Assembly: GCA_023267755.1 (NCBI GenBank)
Contig: JAHFMR010000003.1
Coordinates: 7,315-71,314, forward strand
Direction of reading: 5' to 3'
DNA length: 64,000 bases
Source of the DNA: a bacterium
Lineage (GTDB): Bacteria > Patescibacteriota > Minisyncoccia > Phycocordibacterales > Phycocordibacteraceae
A program made the position numbers and the translations under genes. Below are positions 57,665 through 64,000 of the stretch, piece after piece (the stretch's first letter is position 1; each line of letters starts with the position of its first letter). The notes beneath the pieces are model-generated. The model saw only the letters and a program-made list of their open reading frames with translations. It did not search any database and was not told the origin of the DNA.

Positions 57665-57773
57665 ACGCCGCCGAGGCTCCACGAGAAATGAGTCTCGCAG
57701 GCTGACGAGCCGAGAGGAGCGGATTTTCCAGCAGGAAAAGACCGCGCTCATTTCGAGTGGAACTCGGCGGTGT
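57665..57773 (+). other. 109-nt branched inverted-repeat element (ncRNA or MITE/REP-like)
   Basis: Three stacked outer stems enclosing two inner hairpins, fills the rmuC-yqeY divergent spacer. Confidence 0.6.
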
Positions 57774-57788
57774 GATATTATCTTCCCT

Positions 57789-58241
57789 ATGATTCACGAA
57801 ACACTGAAGAAAAGCATTCCTGACGCGATGCGCGCCCACGATGCGGTCAAGCTCCAGACGCTCCGCTCGCTTATTACGATGATGACCAACGAGGTCGTCG
57901 CTAAGAAACGTAAGCCCGACGAATTCCTCACCGACGAGGAGGCGCTCGCGGTAGTGAAGCGCGCAGCGAATCAGCGTAAGGACTCTATCGAGCAGTTCAC
58001 GGCCGCCGGCCGCCTCGAGCTCGCTGAGCCCGAGAAGCTCGAGCTCGCTATCCTCGAGTCCTATCTGCCCGCCCTAATGAGCCGCGATCAGATTGAAGCG
58101 ATCGCCAAGGCCAAGATGGCCGAGATGGGTGTCTCCTCTAAAGCCGATGCGGGTAAGTTTACCGGCGCACTGATGAAAGAGTTGAAGGGCCAAGCCGATG
58201 GCACTCTCGTGAAGGAGGTTGTGGATAACTTGCTTTCTTAA
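57789..58241 (+). CDS. GatB/YqeY domain protein
   Basis: AMRA.D...L..LR, QRKDSIEQF..AGR.ELA..E, YLP, G.ADG..V. Confidence 0.92.
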   Translation: MIHETLKKSIPDAMRAHDAVKLQTLRSLITMMTNEVVAKKRKPDEFLTDEEALAVVKRAANQRKDSIEQFTAAGRLELAEPEKLELAILESYLPALMSRDQIEAIAKAKMAEMGVSSKADAGKFTGALMKELKGQADGTLVKEVVDNLLS

Positions 58242-58343
58242 TATATCTGTGCTATAGTACTAAAAGCTGTGTTCTTTGATACGTGCTTTCGCGTGTCTTC
58301 CGGCTATTCCTCCACCTACAAATCTGAATGAAGGAGTTGCAAA

Positions 58344-58682
58344 ATGAAACAGGAAAATTTCCGAGGCATCGCTATGCACCCGGCTCACGTCTCTCCAGAC
58401 AAGGCCACCATGGTCGGTGTTTGGTTCCGAGGAGAAATCACCCCGCGTCAGCGAGAACTGCTGATGACCCTCAATGCGTCCAGCGCGCCCGGACATATCG
58501 GTGTACGTGCCGACTACACGAGCAGCGCGGTGACGTATCTGGGGCGAATCAAGGACAAAGAGGCTGCTCGGAGAATGGCCGCATTTCTGGCCGAGTCCGT
58601 GGCAGTAGTGACCGGTGTCCGATCAATCATCCGGCAATTGCCAGACTATCGCGCGATCAGTCGCGCGCTTGCCACGCAGTAG
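58344..58682 (+). CDS. Hypothetical protein (orphan)
   Basis: 112-aa ORF, AAGGAG SD, TGCTATAGT -10 at about 58250. Confidence 0.68.
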   Translation: MKQENFRGIAMHPAHVSPDKATMVGVWFRGEITPRQRELLMTLNASSAPGHIGVRADYTSSAVTYLGRIKDKEAARRMAAFLAESVAVVTGVRSIIRQLPDYRAISRALATQ

Positions 58683-58691
58683 GCCGCCATC

Positions 58692-58925
58692 ATGGCAGCG
58701 CTCACTGAAGACGAAAAGCGGCGCCTCGGAATCGTCCTCGAGGTAGCCGGCGACAACGAAAGTCGCATCCGCGATGGGATCATCAAGGCCATCCCTGATA
58801 TCCAGGGGAAGGGGTCCAGGAGTTACTTCTGGCACCTTCTGGAGACGCGAGCCCGGGCAAAGATTCGGGCGGCACGAAAAAATGTCGATCAGTGTGCGCA
58901 AAGACCTCCTTTTGCGTTGACCTGA
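58692..58925 (+). CDS. Small basic hypothetical protein
   Basis: 77-aa ORF 9 nt after the previous stop and followed by a terminator. Confidence 0.55.
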   Translation: MAALTEDEKRRLGIVLEVAGDNESRIRDGIIKAIPDIQGKGSRSYFWHLLETRARAKIRAARKNVDQCAQRPPFALT

Positions 58926-58930
58926 ACGAC

Positions 58931-58966
58931 ATACGCGGGTAGCGATTGCTACCCGCGTATTATTTT
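58931..58966 (+). terminator. Intrinsic terminator
   Basis: ATACGCGGGTAGC-gatt-GCTACCCGCGTAT followed by TATTTT. Confidence 0.82.
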
Positions 58967-59007
58967 ATACTTCCTTATCTCGCTGTTTTCTGCTATAAAG
59001 CACACAC

Positions 59008-59079
59008 GGCCTCATCGTCTAACGGCTAGGACAGATCCCTCTCACGGATCAAATCGGGGTTCGATTCCCCGTGAGGTCA
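59008..59079 (+). tRNA. tRNA-Glu(CTC), CCA not encoded
   Basis: Acceptor GGCCTCA/TGAGGTC, anticodon arm GATCC-CTCTCAC-GGATC, GGTTCGATTCC. Confidence 0.96.
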
Positions 59080-59096
59080 CAAATTCCGTAACCAGC

Positions 59097-60371
59097 TCAC
59101 ATCTTCTGCCGCCACTTCTCTTCTTGGCGCGCGAGACGCGCCACATCTCCCGCGTCGGCGAGGAGTGCCTCGACGACGCGTTCGGTGCGGACAGACTGGG
59201 ATCCCTTCACCACCACCACATCTCCCTCCTGCACCAACTCGTACAGCGTCTTAGCCGCTTCGTAGGAATTATCAAATGATAAGACTTCTGCGCTCCCAGG
59301 CTCACTCGCAAAGGAGCGTGCGCGGATACCCACTGTCACGATGATGTCCGCGGTAGCACCCGCTATGGGTGCGATGCGCGCGTGTTCCATCACCGAGTAC
59401 CGTCCGAGCTCGAGCATATCGCCCAGTACCGCGATACGCCGCTTCGCTCCCGGGAACGCTTTCAGTGTGGAGAGAGCTTCTTCCACCGCGATGGGTGACG
59501 CGTTGTACGAGTCGTCGATGATAATCGAGCCATTCCTCCCCGCGAAGATGCGGCCGCGACCAGGCGGCGGCACGTAGGCGTCAAGCGCGCGCAGAGCCTC
59601 TTCAAGCGGGATCTGGAACGCGTGTCCGGCCGCGAGCGCAGCTGCGGCTGGGACGACCTGTGTCCTCCCCACCGAGCCCTTCACCACGATAGCTCCCTCT
59701 TCTTCCCCACATCGCACTGATGTCCGCATCCCTACAACTCTTCCCTCTTCTGTATAGAAATCGATAGCCCCAACTCGTACTAACGCGTCAGCGGCACTGC
59801 CAAAGGAAGTCACTCGTGCTGAAGAGCGCAGTGCGTGTTCAATGGCATACGGGTCGTCAGCACAGATAATGAGAGGTGCTTCTGGAGCGAGCGCGTAGGC
59901 GGGTGAGAACTCCTCCTCGCGCACCGCCTCGGGAGAGGCATAGGCCTCTACGTGCACCGGCACTTCGGGGAGCCGCGTCACCACCACCATATCCGGCGTC
60001 GCTATTTTGAGAATCTGGGCGAGATCACCCGGTTTACCCGACCCCACTTCGAGCACAAGCATATTCGGGTAATGATTGGGGAGGACAAGGAGCGAGAGTG
60101 CGCTTTTTATCACCGAGAACCACTTAAGCGGATCGTTCCACGGATTCCCGACACCGAGGATAGTAAAGGGGACACCGAACTCGCTGTTGAAGCTCTTCTC
60201 GCTCTTACGGACAAAGAAACGGGTCGCGAGCACCGCTGCGACCGCGTCCTTGGTCGACGTCTTCCCCACCGAGCCGGTGACCATCACGACCCGCGGACGA
60301 TAGCGGCGCACCACTGCTCGCGCGAGGAACGCGAGAATGAGAATAGCGAAGAATTTGAAGACTTTTTTCAT
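59097..60371 (-). CDS. murF: UDP-N-acetylmuramoyl-tripeptide--D-Ala-D-Ala ligase
   Basis: VTGSVGKTSTK, FNSE.G.P, IDDSYNASP, LGDMLELG, VKGSQ. Confidence 0.94.
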   Translation of the reverse strand: MKKVFKFFAILILAFLARAVVRRYRPRVVMVTGSVGKTSTKDAVAAVLATRFFVRKSEKSFNSEFGVPFTILGVGNPWNDPLKWFSVIKSALSLLVLPNHYPNMLVLEVGSGKPGDLAQILKIATPDMVVVTRLPEVPVHVEAYASPEAVREEEFSPAYALAPEAPLIICADDPYAIEHALRSSARVTSFGSAADALVRVGAIDFYTEEGRVVGMRTSVRCGEEEGAIVVKGSVGRTQVVPAAAALAAGHAFQIPLEEALRALDAYVPPPGRGRIFAGRNGSIIIDDSYNASPIAVEEALSTLKAFPGAKRRIAVLGDMLELGRYSVMEHARIAPIAGATADIIVTVGIRARSFASEPGSAEVLSFDNSYEAAKTLYELVQEGDVVVVKGSQSVRTERVVEALLADAGDVARLARQEEKWRQKM

Positions 60372-60384
60372 ACGATGAGCAAGG

Positions 60385-62142
60385 TTACCCCGAGCTAGTC
60401 GAGGTGGCGGCTCCTGCTGGGAGGCCGCGGTCGGGCGGTACTGCGTAATAGTCTATGAGGAAATGCACGAGGTCAAGGAAGGTGCCGTCGAGCGTCTCTG
60501 ACGCATACTGAACGCCCTGCGGATCATTCGTGTAGAGCAAAATGATGAATCGTGGATTATATGAGGGGAAGAAGCCGGTAAACGAATGGAAATAACGATT
60601 CGTATAATACCCGCCGTGCCCATCGGTGAGTTGGGCGGTGCCCGTCTTCGCGGCCACCGACATCGTTGGGATCTTCGCTTTGCCGTAATCCAGTTTCTCG
60701 TCGACGAGCGCGGTCATCATCGTCGCAGTCTCGTGTGCCGCCGTCGCGCCGAAGACCGGAACTGTCTTACTCCAGTCGAGTTGTCGCTCGATGCCTGAAT
60801 TGAGGCGGATTGCCCGCACGAGATGCGGTTCGACCATCATGCCTCCATTAGCGAGTGCGCCAAGCGCGCGGATCATCTGTACCGGAGTCATCGCGATACC
60901 CTGTCCGTAGGCCGCTGTATCGTAGCCGATCTGCTGCGGCTTCGTCAGATTTGAAAGGAATGAGTGTGCCTCGCCCGGCTGATCAATACCTGTCTTACTC
61001 CCGAAGTAGGTGTCGAAGTAGGTGCGGAACTTGTCCTGTCCGAGCTGTGTGGCCACCCACGCCGCACCGATATTGAGCGACTGGATAATAATCTGCTCCA
61101 TTGGGATACGTCCGTGCCCCTTGTGGTCCCAATTGCAAATCTTTCGTGTATCTACCGTGACACAATCAGTATCGTCGTAGGTCGTCTCGGGTGTAATGAC
61201 TCCCGCATCAAGCGCGGCAGCAATAGTAAGCGGCTTCATAATCGAGCCGAACTCGTGCACACGCTCAACAAGCGGATTCCCGAGCAAGAGCGGATCGACC
61301 GCGCTTAAATCGTTTGCGTCATATGACGGATATGAGGTGATAGCGATAATCGCACCTGTCGCTGGATCCATAATGATGCCGCCGGATTCCTTGCTCGAAT
61401 ATCTCTTGTTCACCTTTGCGATATCTTCTTCGAGTCGTGTCTGTACCTCTGGCTCGATTGTCGTCACAACATCGCCCTCGTGCACGTCCTTAGTGTTCAC
61501 GAGCAAGTTGCCGACATTGGAAAAGAGTTCCGCGAAGAAATTTTTATAGAGAGAGTCTCCCGAGCGCGTGAGAATTCCGTCATAGGTCGCCTCGATACCT
61601 GTCTGTCCGACTAGGGCATCGCCCGAGCCGTAGGAAACGATGCCGATAGACTGTGTCGCGAGCGACCCTCCCGGATAGTAGCGCCAACTCTCCTTCAAAA
61701 CCTGCACACCCGACAACGTCTTTGCGGCAAGAGCTCGCCCGGCAGTATCCGAGAGATGGTGTGCGACCTCGATGTAGACAAGATTCTTCTTCGCAGCGGC
61801 GGCGAGAAACGCATCGTGCGCAAGCACTGTCGTCGAGGAAGCCGCCTCTGTAATTGCGGTATACGCGGATTCTGGATTGCCAAGCGTCTGCGGATTAATA
61901 GCCACCAGGAAGCCCGTCGCGAGTGTCGCCGCAGAAATAAGCGTGTCGTCCTTACGGGTGAAGTAGATAGCGCCTCGATCAAAGAGGCCACTCCCGCCAG
62001 AGGAGAATTGTCGGTCGGCCTTCTGTGCGTAGTCGTCTCCGTGGACGATTTGGAGGAAATAGAGGCGCACGAGGACGGCAAGTGCCAGGAGAACAATGCA
62101 GACAAGAATGAGGCGAATGCGAGAGCGGAACTGTGCACGCAT
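60385..62142 (-). CDS. ftsI: Class B penicillin-binding protein (FtsI-like)
   Basis: RGAIY, R.YP, GSIMKP (SxxK), SLN, YGQG, KTGTAQ; dcw context. Confidence 0.88.
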   Translation of the reverse strand: MRAQFRSRIRLILVCIVLLALAVLVRLYFLQIVHGDDYAQKADRQFSSGGSGLFDRGAIYFTRKDDTLISAATLATGFLVAINPQTLGNPESAYTAITEAASSTTVLAHDAFLAAAAKKNLVYIEVAHHLSDTAGRALAAKTLSGVQVLKESWRYYPGGSLATQSIGIVSYGSGDALVGQTGIEATYDGILTRSGDSLYKNFFAELFSNVGNLLVNTKDVHEGDVVTTIEPEVQTRLEEDIAKVNKRYSSKESGGIIMDPATGAIIAITSYPSYDANDLSAVDPLLLGNPLVERVHEFGSIMKPLTIAAALDAGVITPETTYDDTDCVTVDTRKICNWDHKGHGRIPMEQIIIQSLNIGAAWVATQLGQDKFRTYFDTYFGSKTGIDQPGEAHSFLSNLTKPQQIGYDTAAYGQGIAMTPVQMIRALGALANGGMMVEPHLVRAIRLNSGIERQLDWSKTVPVFGATAAHETATMMTALVDEKLDYGKAKIPTMSVAAKTGTAQLTDGHGGYYTNRYFHSFTGFFPSYNPRFIILLYTNDPQGVQYASETLDGTFLDLVHFLIDYYAVPPDRGLPAGAATSTSSG

Positions 62143-62147
62143 ACTGA

Positions 62148-62441
62148 TTATCGCAATGCCGTAACACTCGTCGCCCGAACAAACACTTCCGTGGCGGGCT
62201 TGGCATACCCTTCTGCCAGATAATCAGTGTTGGTGATGCGCGTCACCGATGAGAGGTACTGTGACTCGAGTACAGCGACAGCGGCCTCATCGTTCTTGAC
62301 CGATTGGGAAAATTCCACCGTGAGCGCTGCATAGCTCATCACCACAGCGATGAGGCCGATGTAGGAGACCAGGAGCACGCCCACCGCGCCCCAGCTAAGC
62401 GAGAGGAAGGAGAACGGTAGGCGAGAAGAGAGGCTATGCAT
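62148..62441 (-). CDS. Small TM plus coiled-coil protein in the FtsL position
   Basis: Lies between rsmH and PBP; one TM followed by a short coiled coil. Confidence 0.6.
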   Translation of the reverse strand: MHSLSSRLPFSFLSLSWGAVGVLLVSYIGLIAVVMSYAALTVEFSQSVKNDEAAVAVLESQYLSSVTRITNTDYLAEGYAKPATEVFVRATSVTALR

Positions 62442-63387
62442 AGGAAAAGTGTGTTTGCATCACGCCGGAGGACTCGCTGTAAGAGACAGCTGCTGCTCGC
62501 TCAAACACGCGCAGCTTGGCGCTCCGCGCACGCCGATTCGCGAGAACCTCTGCGCGACTCGGTGCTATTGGCTTCTTAGGCGAGAGCACGCCGAGCCCCG
62601 ACTGCGCCGCATCGCGGAGCGCATTCTTCACGATTCTATCTTCAATGCTATGGAAAGAGATAATCGCGAGACGGCCACCCGGTGCCAGTGCTCCGAGTGC
62701 CGCGGCGAGCCCCTCGCGGAGCGCGCCTATTTCGTCGTTGGCAGCAATACGGAGCGCCTGAAATGTCTTGGTAGCTGGGTGTGTCTTCCCTTTCTGGTAC
62801 CAAACAGGTGTTCCCGCAGCAATAGCGGCTACGAGCGCACCAGTGGTGAGGATGCGTTCCTTGGCGCGCGCCGCGATAATCGCGCGTGCGATTCCCCGCG
62901 CGAAGCGCTCTTCGCCATAGGTGAAGAGGATATCGGCAACCTCTTCTTCAGACGATGAGTTCACGATGTCAGCAGCCGTCTCGCCTCCCTCGCCATAGGT
63001 CATCAGGAGTGGTTCGTCCTGTTGGAAGGAGAAGCCTCGCGGACTGGCGATCTGATAGCCACTCCAGCCGAGATCGAAGAGGATCGCGTCGGCGTGTCCG
63101 ACCCCGAGCCGCTCGAGGATATGCGTTAGATTACGGAAATTGTCGTTGACCACATGCGCAACTGGGCGATGAGGCCGGCGGTCGAGCGCATATGCCTCGC
63201 GCGCGCGCTCGACCGCCGCTGGGTCGGCGTCGATACCGACAATAATGCCCCCCTCTCCAAGCGCTGTGCAAAGTTCCTTGAAGTGCCCCGCCCCGCCGAG
63301 CGTGGCGTCGACAACAGTGTCGCTCGGCTGCACGCGCAGTGTCTCAAGGACTTCTTTCATAAGTACGCTGTCGTGCTTGGCTTCCAT
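62434..63387 (-). CDS. rsmH: 16S rRNA m4C1402 methyltransferase
   Basis: H.SVL, DATLGGAGH, DLG.S, RGFSF, TFQALRI, ISFHS.EDR, RARSAKLR. Confidence 0.95.
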   Translation of the reverse strand: MEAKHDSVLMKEVLETLRVQPSDTVVDATLGGAGHFKELCTALGEGGIIVGIDADPAAVERAREAYALDRRPHRPVAHVVNDNFRNLTHILERLGVGHADAILFDLGWSGYQIASPRGFSFQQDEPLLMTYGEGGETAADIVNSSSEEEVADILFTYGEERFARGIARAIIAARAKERILTTGALVAAIAAGTPVWYQKGKTHPATKTFQALRIAANDEIGALREGLAAALGALAPGGRLAIISFHSIEDRIVKNALRDAAQSGLGVLSPKKPIAPSRAEVLANRRARSAKLRVFERAAAVSYSESSGVMQTHFSYA

Positions 63388-63394
63388 ATACAAA

Positions 63395-63823
63395 TTAATT
63401 TGCGTCTCCCAGCTTCTCGGCGAAGGCGTCTGCATCGCGCTCTATCAGGGCGGTGTATCTCTTCCACGCCGCCTCGTCCCAGATCTCCACGCGACTCGCC
63501 ACTCCGGCAATAATCGCCTTACTCGAGAGGCCGGCAAAGCTCTTCAGGTGATCGGGGATCAGCACACGCCCGGCAGCATCGACCTCTGCCTCCATCGCTC
63601 CGGCGAGAAAGAGGCGCGCGAGCCCGCGCGCTGCTGCTGTCCCGCCCGCGTGCACTGCGCGTCCCTCGGCTTCCTTCTCCCACGCCTTCTTCGGATAGAC
63701 GAAGAGACAACGATCAAGGCCGCGCGTCATAACGACAGCGCGGCCGAGATCCTTCCGGAACTTCGCCGGGAGAGAGATGCGGTTCTTCGGATCGAGTGTG
63801 TGCAGGTATTCTCCGATAAACAT
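63395..63823 (-). CDS. mraZ: Transcriptional regulator MraZ
   Basis: MFIGEY.H.LD.KNR..LPAKFR, TRGLD.CL, D..GR.LIP, EIWD. Confidence 0.96.
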   Translation of the reverse strand: MFIGEYLHTLDPKNRISLPAKFRKDLGRAVVMTRGLDRCLFVYPKKAWEKEAEGRAVHAGGTAAARGLARLFLAGAMEAEVDAAGRVLIPDHLKSFAGLSSKAIIAGVASRVEIWDEAAWKRYTALIERDADAFAEKLGDAN

Positions 63824-63855
63824 ATTTCAAAGAGTGAGTAGAGCGCGGAAACAGG

Positions 63856-63916
63856 CCACCACTCCCGTTTTCCACTTCATCCCACTGTCCTGCTAGTATA
63901 TACCACTCTCTCCCAC
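63856..63916 (-). promoter_or_regulatory. MraZ-binding GTGG direct repeats around the dcw promoter
   Basis: CCAC on + strand at 63872/63882 and 63903/63913 (10-nt period) flanking a minus-strand TATACT (63895-63900). Confidence 0.7.
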
Positions 63917-63952
63917 CTCCCCTATCGAAGTTATCCCCACCTCAAAAGCTAA

Positions 63953-63981
63953 GCCCCAGACAACAGTCTGGGGCGGTTTTT
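63953..63981. terminator. Hairpin, probable terminator
   Basis: GCCCCAGAC-aaca-GTCTGGGGC with a T tract on the + side. Confidence 0.55.
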
Positions 63982-64000
63982 GATGATGGAACTGGACTAC

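Noticed and set aside
57665-57773. SRP (4.5S) RNA assignment for the branched element
   Set aside because: CC-GAGA-GG resembles the helix 8 tip, but the conserved CAGG/AGCA symmetric loop is not correctly placed.
63931-63939. DnaA-box-like TTATCCCCA suggesting oriC
   Set aside because: It is a single mismatched box at the window edge, which is insufficient evidence.

Overview
This 64-kb window is gene-dense, GC-rich chromosomal DNA. It is most likely from a Patescibacteria (CPR, Parcubacteria-like) bacterium, an inference from the truncated AlaRS, short archaeal-type AspRS, compact MnmA, CPR-typical hypothetical families and tRNAs without encoded CCA. Most genes are housekeeping. Translation genes are alaS, tyrS, trpS, aspS, gltX, cysS, infA-rpmJ-rpsM-rpsK-rpsD-rpoA-rplQ-rplM-rpsI, rpmA, rplI, rplU, tRNA-Tyr and tRNA-Glu. 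Cell wall and division genes are mltG, murE, mraY-ftsW-murG and mraZ-rsmH-ftsL-ftsI-murF. The window also holds grpE-dnaK-dnaJ, DNA repair and replication genes, and several peptidases. I see no CRISPR array, rRNA, integrase or transposase. Four hidden layers stand out. (1) Short repeats and palindromes sit in-frame inside coding sequences: a 23-nt element always read as STGSGQ in alaS, dnaJ and a third gene, and hairpin palindromes in alaS, tyrS, gltX and recR with intergenic relatives. (2) There are two gene-start grammars: about 20 core genes have a -10 box 6-10 nt before the start codon (leaderless-like), whereas nine + strand accessory units have their own promoter, Shine-Dalgarno and terminator, often with a boxA-like leader word. 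(3) There are unannotated structured elements, including a candidate compact 6S RNA at about 10.2 kb, a 109-nt branched element at about 57.7 kb and an inverted copy of the tRNA-Tyr 3' end. (4) A PurC-PurE (PAICS-like) fusion occurs as a stand-alone cassette. All calls come from reading the sequence only; no searches were run.
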